From the NCBI RefSeq assembly GCF_964273145.1, contig NZ_OZ186875.1:54038-118037 (forward strand): a stretch of 64,000 nucleotides of DNA, read 5' to 3'. Both the position numbers and the translations under genes were made by a program. Of the stretch, positions 49,563 to 59,958 are shown in pieces. A model generated the notes under the pieces. The model was not told the DNA's origin. It saw nothing but the letters and a program-made list of their open reading frames with translations, and made no database searches. Positions within the stretch are counted from its first letter, which is position 1. Every line of letters starts with the position of its first letter. The stretch comes from Streptomyces sp. enrichment culture. GTDB taxonomy: Bacteria > Actinomycetota > Actinomycetes > Streptomycetales > Streptomycetaceae.

Positions 49563-49925
49563 ATGAAGTACGTCGCGATGATCTACGGCAACCAGGCCAA
49601 GTGGGACTCCTTCCCGGCCGAGGAGTGGCCGGAGGCGATCGCCAAGCAGGAGGCGTTCAACAAGAAGTACCGCGAAAGCGGTGAACTGCTGGGTGCCTAC
49701 GGCCTGGCGGACGCTGCCAACGCTCAGCTCGTACGCCGCAAGGACGGCGCCCCGGCGGTCACCGACGGCCCGTACCTGGAGACCAAGGAGTACATCGCCA
49801 GCTTCTACGTGCTGGACTGCGACAGCCTGCAGCGGGCGCAGGAGATCGCCGCGGACATGCCGTTCGCCGATGTGGAGCCGGTGGAGCTGTGGCCGGTGCT
49901 GCACGAGTCCGCGGCGGACGTGTGA
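49563..49925 (+). CDS. YCII/DGPF-family protein
   Basis: VTDGPYLETKE motif; coupled to the ECF sigma gene. Confidence 0.88.
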   Translation: MKYVAMIYGNQAKWDSFPAEEWPEAIAKQEAFNKKYRESGELLGAYGLADAANAQLVRRKDGAPAVTDGPYLETKEYIASFYVLDCDSLQRAQEIAADMPFADVEPVELWPVLHESAADV

Positions 49926-51175
49926 CCGCCGTGCGCCACGCCGTCGAGGACCTGCTGCGCGAGCTGGCTCCGCAGGTCCTCGGCGCGCTCGTACGCCGCT
50001 ACGGCGTCTTCGACGCGTGCGAGGACGCGGTCCAGGAGGCGCTGCTGGCCGCCGCCCTGCAGTGGCCCGACGAGGGGGTGCCGGACAGTCCCCGGGGCTG
50101 GCTGGTCACCGTCGCCTCCCGCAAGCTGGTCGACCAGATCCGCAGCGACAGCGCCCGGCGGCGCCGCGAGGAAACCCTCGCGCTGGCCACCCCCCAGGCG
50201 GAGCTGCTCAGTCACGCCGCCGACGCCGTACCCTCCACGGACCGGGACGACTCGCCGGCCCTGTTGTTCCTGTGCTGCCACCCCGCGCTGTCCCCGGCCA
50301 GCCGGATCGCGTTGACCCTGCGCGCGGTCGGCGGCCTGAGCACCCCACAGATCGCCTCGGCCTTCCTGGTCCCCGAGGCGACCATGGCCCAGCGCATCAG
50401 CCGCGCCAAGCAGACCATCAAGGCCTCCGGCACCTCCCTGGCCATGCCGGAAGGGGCCGACTTCGCCGAACGGCTGGCCGCGGTGCGGCACGTGCTCTAC
50501 CTCGTCTTCAACGAGGGCTACACCACCACCAGCAGCGCTGACCTGACCGCGCCGGAACTGTCCGCGGAGGCGATCCGGCTCACCCGGATGCTGCACCGCC
50601 TGGTGCCCGACGACACCGAAACCGCCGGACTCCTCGCGCTGATGCTGCTGACGGACGCCCGCCGCCCCGCCCGCACCGGCCCGTCCGGGGAACTGGTGCC
50701 GCTGGCGGAACAGGACCGCGGCCGGTGGGACCGCCGGCTCATCGCCGAGGGAGTCGCTCTGATCAGCCGGACCCTGCCGTGCGGCCAGGTCGGCCCGTAC
50801 CAGCTGCAGGCGGCCATCGCGGCCGTGCACGACGAGGCCGAGGACACCGACGCGACCGACTGGCCGCAGATCCTCGCGCTGTACGACCTCTTGCGGCAGT
50901 TCGGGCCAAACCCGATGGTCGACCTCAACCGCGCCGTCGCTGTGGCCATGGTCCACGGCCCGGCCGCCGGCCTCGGCCTGCTGAGGGAGCTGGAGGGCGA
51001 CAAGCACCTGACGCGTCACCACCGGCTGCTCGCGACCCGTGCCCACCTGCTGGAACTGCTCGGAGAACACAAGACCGCGGCGGACGCCTACCGCGAGGCA
51101 GCCCGCCGCACCACCAGCACCCCCGAGCGCCGCCATCTCATCGCCCGCGCCCACCGCCTGGAGGGCCGCGCCTGA
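49922..51175 (+). CDS. ECF sigma factor with TPR-like C-terminal extension (ECF42-like)
   Basis: EDAVQEAL, LCCHPAL, LYLVFNEGY and GPYQLQAAIAAVH motifs. Confidence 0.88.
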   Translation: MTAVRHAVEDLLRELAPQVLGALVRRYGVFDACEDAVQEALLAAALQWPDEGVPDSPRGWLVTVASRKLVDQIRSDSARRRREETLALATPQAELLSHAADAVPSTDRDDSPALLFLCCHPALSPASRIALTLRAVGGLSTPQIASAFLVPEATMAQRISRAKQTIKASGTSLAMPEGADFAERLAAVRHVLYLVFNEGYTTTSSADLTAPELSAEAIRLTRMLHRLVPDDTETAGLLALMLLTDARRPARTGPSGELVPLAEQDRGRWDRRLIAEGVALISRTLPCGQVGPYQLQAAIAAVHDEAEDTDATDWPQILALYDLLRQFGPNPMVDLNRAVAVAMVHGPAAGLGLLRELEGDKHLTRHHRLLATRAHLLELLGEHKTAADAYREAARRTTSTPERRHLIARAHRLEGRA

Positions 51176-51262
51176 CGCCGTGGGCGGAACACACCCTGGT
51201 CCGCGCGCCGAGCCCGCCCACCGCAATCGGGGCGGACCACCGACTGCCCGCCGGCAAACGAC

Positions 51263-51420
51263 GGCGAGCTCAAGCGGTCAGCGCATCACCGCTGTTCGGA
51301 AGGCCGGCGTAGACCTCCGCCGGAGTGCGGTAGCCGTGGGTTCCACGTGGACGGCGGTCGAGCTCGTGGGCGATGGCGTCCGGGTCGGCCCGGCTGGACG
51401 TGCGGAGGTCGGCGCCCGGC
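51263..51420 (-). pseudogene. IS30-family transposase 3' remnant with element end
   Basis: Minus strand reads GADLRTSSRADPDAIAHELDRRPRGTHGYRTPAEVY..., matching the IS30 C-terminal LNxRPRKxLGYxTP pattern, followed by a TTGAGCTCGCC end. Confidence 0.6.
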
Positions 51421-51779
51421 CGTCAAGGCCGACGCCGTACGCGCCTCGTACCCGGACGGCCGGGCGATACCGGCTGTTCCGTTGGTCCCCAAGGCCGGGG
51501 GACGCCGGTGGAAGGAAGCCCCGCCGGTGGTGCGGGCCCGCGGCGTCGGGTGCGTGGCTCCCCGCGGGCCGGGTCCCGGCCCCCGTCCTTGGAGGTGCCC
51601 GGGGCGGGACCCGGTGCGGCGGGCGGGGGCGCCTGTCACGCCGTCGGGGCAGTGGGTGAGCGCGCCTCACGGCGTCGTAGGGCGGAGGGGGCCGGGGCGG
51701 CGGGACCTGCAGGCGGACCCGGCGCCGACGGGGGCGGCGCGGGCCGGGGGCGGACCGGCCGCGCCGCCCCGGCGGGCGG

Positions 51780-53099
51780 TCAGACCACGGAGGCGGGCCG
51801 CTCCTGCTGCTGCGGCCGCAGCCCGCCCGGGCCGTCGGCGCGCGCGGTGCGCGCGGCCTCCCGCTTGGCTATCCACCTCTCGCCGGCGCGCATCAGCGGA
51901 CGCTCGAGGAAGTAGTAACTCGCCGTCGCGATCGCGATGGTGCCGACGACGACCACGCCGAACATCTCCCAGAAGCCGACTCTTCCGATCAGCATGGAGG
52001 CCGGCACGGGCGGAGCGCCGAAGATGCTGCCACTGCGGAACCAGAGGTACATCACGACGAAGTGCCACAGGTACAGGCCGTAGGAGATACGTCCGAGGAA
52101 GCGGGTGGGGCGGTTGGACAGCACCGCGTCCATCAGCGGCGTGCTGGCCTTCGGGGCGACCAGCGGGACCATCAGCAGGAAGGCGAAGGCGAGGAAGGCC
52201 AGGTGCTGGACGAGCGCGAACTGGGGGCTTCCGTAGTCCCACGTTCCGGGGTTGCCCAGCGGGGCCGCGCACACCACGAGGTAGGAGGCGAGCGCGCCGA
52301 GCCAGAACAGGCCGGGCCGCTTGGCGGCGGCGCGGTACAGGCCCGGCGGCGACTGCGGCGACTGCTCCGCCCTGACCGACAGGATCGCCAGCCCCATGCC
52401 GACCGCGAACAGGCCGAGGCGGCTGAACGGCCACCAGTACTGGGGCGGCCAGGGACCGAGGTGCTCCATGTGCATGTACCCGGCGAAGACCCAGCCGATG
52501 ACCACCATGACGCCCAGCGGGATCATCATCCGGCGCACCTTGCGCGCCGGGTCGTCGACACCCTTGGCCAGCCGGTTCATCAGCAGCGCGAGCAGCGGCA
52601 GGGCGAGGTAGAACTGCGCCTCGGTCGGAATGGTCCAAGTCGGGTCCATGCCCGCGTACCACACGTAGTCGTAGTCCTGCATCAGCAGCAGCGGACGCAG
52701 CACGTACCACACCGAGTCGATGCTGGTGTAGTTGAGGAACAGCAGGCAGAAGGCGGTCAGCAGCCAGTAGCCGGGCATGAGCCGCAGACCGCGCCGCAGG
52801 AAGAACGGGCCCAGGGAGGGCTTGGGCGTGCCGCGCAGGGTGGCGCGCGCGAAAGGCTTGTACAGCAGCATGCCGGACAGGATGAAGAAGGGCCCCAGCC
52901 CCACCTCCAGGCCGACCGCCAGAATGGACCAGATGCCCTTCTGCGGCGGCCCGGACTCGGAGCCGAGGACCACTCCGGTGCTGAATGCGACATGGGTGAA
53001 GACGACGATCATCGCGCAGATCCCGCGCACCCCGTCCAGGTTCGCGATCCGTCTTTTCTCGCGCGCTTCCACGGGGGACCTGGTCCCGAGTGCCGTCAT
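51780..53099 (-). CDS. Membrane acyltransferase-3 family protein (SgcD6-like)
   Basis: LDGVRG, FFILSG, WTIPTEAQFY and GRISYGLYLWH motifs. Confidence 0.85.
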   Translation of the reverse strand: MTALGTRSPVEAREKRRIANLDGVRGICAMIVVFTHVAFSTGVVLGSESGPPQKGIWSILAVGLEVGLGPFFILSGMLLYKPFARATLRGTPKPSLGPFFLRRGLRLMPGYWLLTAFCLLFLNYTSIDSVWYVLRPLLLMQDYDYVWYAGMDPTWTIPTEAQFYLALPLLALLMNRLAKGVDDPARKVRRMMIPLGVMVVIGWVFAGYMHMEHLGPWPPQYWWPFSRLGLFAVGMGLAILSVRAEQSPQSPPGLYRAAAKRPGLFWLGALASYLVVCAAPLGNPGTWDYGSPQFALVQHLAFLAFAFLLMVPLVAPKASTPLMDAVLSNRPTRFLGRISYGLYLWHFVVMYLWFRSGSIFGAPPVPASMLIGRVGFWEMFGVVVVGTIAIATASYYFLERPLMRAGERWIAKREAARTARADGPGGLRPQQQERPASVV

Positions 53100-53235
53100 A
53101 GCGGCTACCTCCTGTGTTCGATCGGCCGCTCCAGCATCGTTTTTCGGCCACTAAGGCCGCATCTCTTCGCTTGCGCATTCGATTTCGGGTCTCCGGTCCC
53201 GAAGGGCCGGGCAGGAGGGCGCCGGGGGAGGGGCG

Positions 53236-53631
53236 TCAGGGATGTGACGGCACCCGTCCCCGGGCCTGGAAGACCGAGGTCCGGGTTCTGCCGTCGCCGA
53301 GATCGGTGAACACCATGCTGGAGGAGATCCCCGACGCGGCGTCGGTGTAGGACAGCAACTCCGGTTCCACCACCGCGAGGAAGGTGCACTTCATCGGGTA
53401 CTCGGTGGCGTCCGCGTCCGCCACGGCGGTGCTTTCGAAACGTCCGCCGGCCCAGGGCTCGATGGTGACGCTGGACGGCTCGATCGTCGTACCCGCAGGG
53501 CCCCAGAACTTCACGAACTGCTCCGGTTCGATGAAGGCCCTGAACACCAACTCGCGCGGCGCGTCGAACACTCGGGACAAAGTGAGCTCGCCGAGCCCCG
53601 CATACTGGTCGGTGGTCGTGGGCTTCGCCAC
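53236..53631 (-). pseudogene. SRPBCC protein, C-terminally truncated paralog of 42721-43173
   Basis: LGELTLSRVFDAPRELVFRAFIEPEQ...TEYPM...DGRT aligns to the paralog but the terminal helix is missing. Confidence 0.55.
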
Positions 53632-53856
53632 GTGAACTCCCTGATTCGTCGGCGAGTGATTTTGGCCCAGGCTCGCAGGCGGGACCACTGCCCGCATCTT
53701 CCTGCGTGCTGAGTTCGCGGCGCAGGGACCCGCGCCGGACGGCCCTCGCCACCGCTTCCGGGGCGCCGGTGGCGCCGAGCACTTACGAAGATGCGTCGGC
53801 GCAGGCGGCGACATGACGATTTCGGGGATCCCACGGCCGCGCGAAGGAGACATCCC

Positions 53857-54528
53857 ATGACGCATCCTCTGAAGATCCTCGCCGTCAACGGATCGGAGCG
53901 CGACGGCAACACGGCCGACGTCCTCCGGTACGCGGCCGCGATCGCCGAGCAGCGCGGCGTCGCGTTCGAGACCGTCGACCTGCGTGACATCCGGATGGAG
54001 CGCTGCGGACCGTGCGGCGACTGCAACGACCGCCCCGTGCCCTGCGCGGTGGCCGACGGAGTGCCCGCCGTGGTGCGCAAGATGATCGAGGCGGACGGCA
54101 TCGTCTTCGCCGCCCCGGTGCACGGCTTCGGCACCGCGAGCCTGATGCAGACGTTCATCGAGCGGGCCGGCGTCGGCTACCTGCGCTTCGACCGGCCGCT
54201 GAGCAACAAGGTCGCCGGCGTCATCTCCGTCGCCCGCCGCTACAGCGCCGGCGAGGTGTGGGCGCAGCTCACCGCCAACGCGCTGCTCAACCGGATGATC
54301 CTGGTGGGCAGCGGGTTCCCCGCGACGGTGCACGCGCTGCACCGCGGGGACGCCCTGCGGGACGACGAGGGACTGAAGAACGTCGAGCGTCTGATCCGCC
54401 GCATGGTCGACATGATCCAGCTCCTCGACGAGCACCGCCGGCTGACCGGACGCGACGACCTGCTGGCCGCCGGTGACGTCAACGAACGCGTCGGCCTCGC
54501 CCTGAACGAGATGAAGGTGCCGGCATGA
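53857..54528 (+). CDS. sgcG: Iron-sulfur flavoprotein, 2-amino-2-deoxyisochorismate dehydrogenase (SgcG-like)
   Basis: NGSERDGNT and CGPCGDC.....C motifs; heads the operon with anthranilate-synthase-like genes. Confidence 0.82.
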   Translation: MTHPLKILAVNGSERDGNTADVLRYAAAIAEQRGVAFETVDLRDIRMERCGPCGDCNDRPVPCAVADGVPAVVRKMIEADGIVFAAPVHGFGTASLMQTFIERAGVGYLRFDRPLSNKVAGVISVARRYSAGEVWAQLTANALLNRMILVGSGFPATVHALHRGDALRDDEGLKNVERLIRRMVDMIQLLDEHRRLTGRDDLLAAGDVNERVGLALNEMKVPA

Positions 54529-55958
54529 CCCCCGCGCTGCGCGCCCCCGCTCCCGGCCGGAGCCTCACCGACTTCCTCGCCGAGTACCACAAGGTCAGCC
54601 GCTCCTTCTACGACGGCGTACTCACCGAGTCCGAACTGGCCCGCTGGCGCGCGCGGCAGCTGACCACCGTGCTGCGCCACGTGACCGACCGCTCCCCGTT
54701 CTACCGGTGCCACCTGGCCGGTGTGGACATCGACGGCGTCACCCCCGAGGACCTGACGGCGCTGCCCTTCACCACCAAGGACGACCTGCGCCGCGAGATG
54801 CACGACGTGCTGTCGGGCCCGGTCAGCGAGGCGAGCGTCTACTACGAGACCAACGGGACCACCGGCACCGCCACGCCCTGCCCGCGCGGCCCCAAGGACA
54901 TCGCCACGTCCAACGCGGCCGTCGAGGAGTCCTGGCGGCGGCTGTTCCGCGCGCACTTCGGCGACCGCATGCCCGTCGTCGGCCTGATGGGGCCGTCCGA
55001 ACTCTACGCCTTCGGTGACGTGTTCACCGCCGTCACCGCTTCGCTGGGAGCCTGCCACGTCAAGATCTGGCCCGAGTCCCCGCGGGTGGGCTTCCGCAAG
55101 GCGCTGCGCCTGATCGAGGAGCTCGGCGTCGAGGTCGTCGTCTGCGCACCCGCCCTGTGCCTGAGCCTGGCCAAGGCCGCGCTGCACTACGGCTACGACC
55201 TCGCGCGGCTGCCGGTGAAGCTGTTCCTGGTGCTCGGCGAGATCTGCACGCCGCAGTTCGCCGCCAACGTCTCCACCGTGTGGCCCCGGGCCGTCGTGCG
55301 CCCCGCGCTGTACGGCTCCCAGGAGGCGCTGTGCATCGCCACGGGAGCCGACACCGGCCGGCTCCACCTGTCGGTGCCCAACTACCTGGCCGAGGTGATC
55401 GATCCGGACAGCGGCAGGGCACTCGGCGACACCGGCGAGGGCGAACTCGTCCTGACCATGCTCGTCGACGGCATCAAGCCCCTGATCCGCTACCGCACCG
55501 GGGACCTGGTCCGCATCACCCCCGCGCCACCCGGCGCACCGCTTCCGGGACCCGAGATCGAGGTCGTGGGCCGGATCGCCGACCGCATCGCGCTGGGCCG
55601 CACCCGCCTGTACCCGGGCCAGCTGGAGAGCGCGGTCCTCGACGGAGTGCGCGGATGCCTGGGCTACCAGGTGGTCGTCGAGCGCGCGAGCGGCGGCGGC
55701 GACGAGATCACCGTCCGCATGGACCTGCTGCCCGCGGTCGCCGACCCGGACGCCACCGCCGACGCCGTGGTACGGCGGCTGCGCGCGCTGACCGGTGCCT
55801 CGGCCCGGGTCGTCGTCGACACCGCCCTGGACCCGGTGACCCACACCGGTTCCTTCGTGAGCTGGAAGGCGGCCCGGGTGCTCGACCTGCGCGCGGTCCC
55901 CGACCACGCGACCGTCACCGCCCGGCAGGTCGCCCACCGCTACGCGATCACCACCTGA
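54525..55958 (+). CDS. sgcH: PaaK-like AMP-ligase (SgcH-like)
   Basis: [22 protein letters not shown] and RYRTGD motifs. Confidence 0.78.
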   Translation: MTPALRAPAPGRSLTDFLAEYHKVSRSFYDGVLTESELARWRARQLTTVLRHVTDRSPFYRCHLAGVDIDGVTPEDLTALPFTTKDDLRREMHDVLSGPVSEASVYYETNGTTGTATPCPRGPKDIATSNAAVEESWRRLFRAHFGDRMPVVGLMGPSELYAFGDVFTAVTASLGACHVKIWPESPRVGFRKALRLIEELGVEVVVCAPALCLSLAKAALHYGYDLARLPVKLFLVLGEICTPQFAANVSTVWPRAVVRPALYGSQEALCIATGADTGRLHLSVPNYLAEVIDPDSGRALGDTGEGELVLTMLVDGIKPLIRYRTGDLVRITPAPPGAPLPGPEIEVVGRIADRIALGRTRLYPGQLESAVLDGVRGCLGYQVVVERASGGGDEITVRMDLLPAVADPDATADAVVRRLRALTGASARVVVDTALDPVTHTGSFVSWKAARVLDLRAVPDHATVTARQVAHRYAITT

Positions 55959-55974
55959 ACCGAAGGACCCCCTG

Positions 55975-57453
55975 ATGACCGATCCGCGCCCGGCACCGGC
56001 CGCGGTCCGTGTGACCACCCGGACGCACCCGCTGCCCCGGGTGCCGATGCTGCCCGCCTACCGGGCCCTGGCCGGGCGCTTCGGCGCCGACGACGTGTAC
56101 CTGCTCGAATCCGCGGCGGGCCCGATCCGCGAGTGCCGCTACCAGTTCCTGGGCTTCGGGGCGCTGCTGTCCGTGGCGGTCACCGACGGGGCCGTCCGCG
56201 TCGAGGGCGTCCCCGCGCTGCGCGAGCCGCTGCTGGAGCGCATCCGCCCGCTGGTGACCGAGGACACCGACGGCACCCTGCGGCTGCGCGCCCCCGCCGG
56301 CCTGTGGCCGCTGCTGCGCGGTGCCCGCGCGCTGTTCGACGCGCCGGGATCGGACGCCCGGTTCCGGTTCGGCTTCCTCGGCTACTTCGGCTACGACACC
56401 GCCCGCTACGTGGAGGACCTGCCCCGCCTCATCGAACAGCGCCCCGGGCTGCCCGACGTCCAGCTCGTCCTCCACCGGGGCCTGGTGGTCCGGGACGCCG
56501 CCGAGGACCGGACCGAGCTGCTGCTGCACGAGTCCGACGCCTGGCCGGCGCCGGACGCCCGGGAGCTCACCGCGCTGCTGGAGGACGCCGAACACAGCTG
56601 GCCCGAGCCCGTCGCGGACGTCGTCCCCGAGGCGCGGGTGAGCGACGACACCGACCCGGAGACGTTCCGCCGCGACGTGGAGAGGTGCCTGGAGCACATC
56701 GCGGTCGGCGACATCTACCAGGTGCAGATCGGCCACGAACTGGCCCTCCGCTCCGGCGCCGACCCCGTCGGCGTCTACCGGCGGCTGCGCCGCCGCAACC
56801 CCTCCCCGTACATGTACCTGGCGAGCGTCGGCGGACAGCGCGTCATCGGCGCGAGCCCGGAGCTGTTCGTACGGATCGAGCGGGGCACCGTCACCATGCG
56901 GCCGATCGCCGGGACGGTGCCGCGCCTCGGCGACGACGAGGCGGGCGCGCGGCGGCTGCGCTCGGACCCCAAGGAGATCGCCGAGCACACCATGCTGGTG
57001 GACCTGTGCCGCAACGACATCGGCCGGATCGCCCGGGCGGACTCCCTGGAGGTCCCCGACGAGTTCGCCGTCGAGCGCTACTCCCACGTGCTGCACCTGG
57101 TGTCGACCGTGACCGGCCGGGCGGAGACCGGCACGGATGTCTTCGACGCCGTCGCCGCCCTGTTCCCGGCCGGCACCATGACCGGTACGCCCAAGATCCG
57201 CGCCATGGAGATCATCGAGACCCTGGAGAAGAGCCGCCGCGGCCTGTACGCGGGCGCGCTCGGCGTGATCGACGTCGGGGGGTACACCAACCTCGCCCTG
57301 TGCATCCGCACCCTCTTCCACCACGACGGCGTCTACCGCACGCGCGCCTCGGCGGGCGTCGTCGCCGACTCGGAACCGGCGAGCGAGTGGCGCGAGACGC
57401 TGGCCAAGATGAGTGCCGCCCACTGGGCGGTCACCGGGAAGGAGCTGCTGTGA
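55975..57453 (+). CDS. sgcD: Anthranilate-synthase-component-I homolog, probable ADIC synthase
   Basis: LLES, GDIYQVQ, NPSPYM, PIAGT, EHTMLVDLCRND and GTPKIRAM motifs; SgcG context. Confidence 0.85.
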   Translation: MTDPRPAPAAVRVTTRTHPLPRVPMLPAYRALAGRFGADDVYLLESAAGPIRECRYQFLGFGALLSVAVTDGAVRVEGVPALREPLLERIRPLVTEDTDGTLRLRAPAGLWPLLRGARALFDAPGSDARFRFGFLGYFGYDTARYVEDLPRLIEQRPGLPDVQLVLHRGLVVRDAAEDRTELLLHESDAWPAPDARELTALLEDAEHSWPEPVADVVPEARVSDDTDPETFRRDVERCLEHIAVGDIYQVQIGHELALRSGADPVGVYRRLRRRNPSPYMYLASVGGQRVIGASPELFVRIERGTVTMRPIAGTVPRLGDDEAGARRLRSDPKEIAEHTMLVDLCRNDIGRIARADSLEVPDEFAVERYSHVLHLVSTVTGRAETGTDVFDAVAALFPAGTMTGTPKIRAMEIIETLEKSRRGLYAGALGVIDVGGYTNLALCIRTLFHHDGVYRTRASAGVVADSEPASEWRETLAKMSAAHWAVTGKELL

Positions 57454-58103
57454 CGCCCCCGCCCGCCGCGACGGGAGCGCGCCGCGCCCCGCGGCCGCGC
57501 GTCCTGGTGGTCGACGCCTTCGACAGCTTCGTCGACATCCTGCGCCAGTACCTGATGTCCGCCGGAGCCGAACCGGTCATGGTGCGCTCCAACGCGCTGC
57601 GCCTGGCGGACGTCGAACGGTGCCTGCCCGACGCGATCCTGCTCGGCCCCGGTCCCGGGCATCCGGACGACTCCGGGCACGTCGAGATCGTGCGGGCCTT
57701 CGCCGGGAGGCTGCCGTTGTTCGGCGTCTGCCTCGGCCACCAGGCCATCGGCCGGGCCTACGGGGCTGAAGTGGTCCCGGCCCGGCGGCTGGTGCACGGC
57801 AAGGCCAGCCCCGTCCGGCACGACGGACGGGGCCTGTTCACCGGGCTGCCGGACCCGTTCTCGGCGATCCGGTACCACTCGCTGATCGTGCCCGAGACGA
57901 CCGTGCCGGCGTGCCTGGAGGTCACCGCCCGCTCCGCCGACGACGGTTATGTGATGGGGCTGCGGCACCGCACCCTGCCCATCGAGTCCGTCCAGTTCCA
58001 CCCGGAGAGCTTCCGCACCGACCACGGCTTGCGGATCGTCTCCGGCTTCCTCGACGCGGTACGGCGGTTCTCCGCCGCGCACGGCCACGCCACGGCGGCG
58101 TAG
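57450..58103 (+). CDS. sgcD1: Glutamine amidotransferase (component II)
   Basis: DAFDSF, GPGPG, GVCLGHQ, RYHSL and QFHPES motifs. Confidence 0.9.
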   Translation: MTPPPAATGARRAPRPRVLVVDAFDSFVDILRQYLMSAGAEPVMVRSNALRLADVERCLPDAILLGPGPGHPDDSGHVEIVRAFAGRLPLFGVCLGHQAIGRAYGAEVVPARRLVHGKASPVRHDGRGLFTGLPDPFSAIRYHSLIVPETTVPACLEVTARSADDGYVMGLRHRTLPIESVQFHPESFRTDHGLRIVSGFLDAVRRFSAAHGHATAA

Positions 58104-58198
58104 CGGGCGGCCGCGAAGAGGGCACGCAACGAGATGTGCGGCCGGCCGCGCCCGTGATGGGCTTTCGGCGTTGGCGTCACGCATTTCCCGGAGGCGAC

Positions 58199-59506
58199 GT
58201 GGAGTACTGGAACGGCACAGCGGAGACCATGCCCCGCGAGGAGCTGGAGCAGTGGCGGTGGCGCCGGCTGCGGCGCGCCCTGGACCACGCCCGGCGCACT
58301 TCGCCCTTCTGGGCCGAACGGATCCCCGAGGGCATCACCTCGATGACCGAGTACACCGAACGCATGCCCTTGCTGTACAAGGCGGACCTGCTCGCCTCCC
58401 AGCGGGCGGTACCGCCCTACGGCACCTGGCCCTCGCTCGACCCGGTGCGCGGCGTGCGCCACCACCAGACCAGCGGCACCAGCGGCAACCCGCCGGTGCG
58501 CACGTTCGACACCGAACGCGACTGGAAGTGGATCACGGACACGTTCTGCACGGCCCTGTACGCCAACGGGGTGCGCGCCCACCACAAGGGCCTGGTGGCC
58601 TTCGGGTACGGCCTGTTCGCCGGTTTCTGGGGCATGCACTACGCCCTGGAACGCATCGGCTGCACCGTCTTCCCCGCCGGCGGCCTGGACTCGCAGGCGG
58701 TGATCCGGCTGCTCGTCGACCACCGGATCGAGGTCCTCGGCCTCACCCCCAGCTATGCCATGCGGCTGATCGAGACCGCGCGCGAGATGGGCGTGGACCT
58801 CGCCCGTGACGCGGGCGTGCGGATCATCCTGGCCGGTGCCGAGCCGCGCTCCGACTTCACCACCCGCACCATCGAGCAGGCCTTCGGCGCCCGCGTGTTC
58901 AACGCCGCGGGGACCACCGAGTTCGGCGCGGTCTTCATGTTCGAGTGCCCCGCGCGGCGCGGCGCCTGCCACATCAACGAGCCGACGGTCATCGAGGAGG
59001 TGCTGCACCCGCGGACGAAGGAACCCGTGGGCTACGGCGAGGAGGGCGTGCGCGTCACCACCGGCCTGTACCGCGAGGGCATGCACCTCTTCCGCCACTG
59101 GACCGAGGACATCGTGGTCAAGCGGCCCTACACCGACTGCGGCTGCGGCCGGACCTGGGACTTCCTCGACGGCGGCATCCTCAGGCGCGTCGACGACATG
59201 CGCAAGATCCGGGGAGTCTCCGTCACCCCGGTGATGATCGAGGACGTGCTGCGCGCCTTCACCGAAGTCAGCGAGTTCCGGTCGTCCATCCGCACCGTCC
59301 GCGGACTCGACACCATCCATGTCCAGGCCGAGGCGGGCGGCGTCACCGGCGAGGCGGCGGCAGCCCTGTGCGCCCGCATCGCCGAGGAGTTCAAGCGAGA
59401 GATCGGCATCCGGCCGCAGGTGGAGCTCGCCCCGCCGGGCAGCCTGCCCCGGACCAAGTGGAAGGCGGCACGACTTCATGACGAACGACACCTCACTCAC
59501 GCCTGA
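58199..59506 (+). CDS. sgcD5: Phenylacetate-CoA ligase-like enzyme (SgcD5-like)
   Basis: QTSGTSG, TPSYA, AGTTE, CGCGRT and RVDDM motifs. Confidence 0.8.
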   Translation: MEYWNGTAETMPREELEQWRWRRLRRALDHARRTSPFWAERIPEGITSMTEYTERMPLLYKADLLASQRAVPPYGTWPSLDPVRGVRHHQTSGTSGNPPVRTFDTERDWKWITDTFCTALYANGVRAHHKGLVAFGYGLFAGFWGMHYALERIGCTVFPAGGLDSQAVIRLLVDHRIEVLGLTPSYAMRLIETAREMGVDLARDAGVRIILAGAEPRSDFTTRTIEQAFGARVFNAAGTTEFGAVFMFECPARRGACHINEPTVIEEVLHPRTKEPVGYGEEGVRVTTGLYREGMHLFRHWTEDIVVKRPYTDCGCGRTWDFLDGGILRRVDDMRKIRGVSVTPVMIEDVLRAFTEVSEFRSSIRTVRGLDTIHVQAEAGGVTGEAAAALCARIAEEFKREIGIRPQVELAPPGSLPRTKWKAARLHDERHLTHA

Positions 59507-59702
59507 GCAGCGCGACCGGCTGCTGGAGAGCTACCGCGCCCTGGCGGACCTCTCCGGCACCTGCCGGGTACCGGCGGTCGGCGCCGCACTGCGCGGCGCC
59601 CTGGCCGAACTGCGGGTCGCCCTCGACGGGCAGGCGGTCGAGCTCGACGACTACTACCAAGAGGACGGCCGCCGGGTCGCCGGCATCACCCGGGCGGCCT
59701 GA
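59478..59702 (+). CDS. Small helical hypothetical protein
   Basis: 74-aa ORF with GC-rich third positions overlapping the ligase stop; followed by a hairpin. Confidence 0.55.
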   Translation: MTNDTSLTPEQRDRLLESYRALADLSGTCRVPAVGAALRGALAELRVALDGQAVELDDYYQEDGRRVAGITRAA

Positions 59703-59745
59703 GACGGCACCGGCCGCCGGGCACGGCGCCCGGCGGCACAGCACC

Positions 59746-59775
59746 GAGGGGGCGGACCGGCCGGTCCGCCCCCTC
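59746..59775. terminator. Perfect 30-bp palindrome between convergent operons
   Basis: GAGGGGGCGGACCGG|CCGGTCCGCCCCCTC. Confidence 0.72.
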
Positions 59776-59958
59776 TGCTCTCCCCGTGCGGCGGGCCTGG
59801 GGTCTTTCGTTTGGATCAGGTCGGATCAGGGAGCGGGACCCGGTGCCGTGCATCGCAAGGCGGAGGAGGGCGCCATGGCGGAGCCACGGCAACCGACGAC
59901 GACGCGGCGAGGCACGGCACCAGGCCCCGCGAGCCCGGCACGATCCGAACGAGAGACC

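Larger units (their letters stand above)
49014..51497. mobile_element. Inverted-repeat-bounded ~2.5 kb insert (degenerate element)
   Basis: 33-bp inverted repeats at 49014-49046 and 51465-51497 (31/33 identical) enclosing transposase fragments and an ECF pair. Confidence 0.6.

Noticed and set aside
49115..49684. 189-aa ORF as a real gene
   Set aside because: Chimera of transposase debris and an off-frame read of the DGPF gene
55975..58103. Housekeeping trpE/trpG
   Set aside because: Operonic with SgcG- and SgcH-like genes, with no other trp genes present
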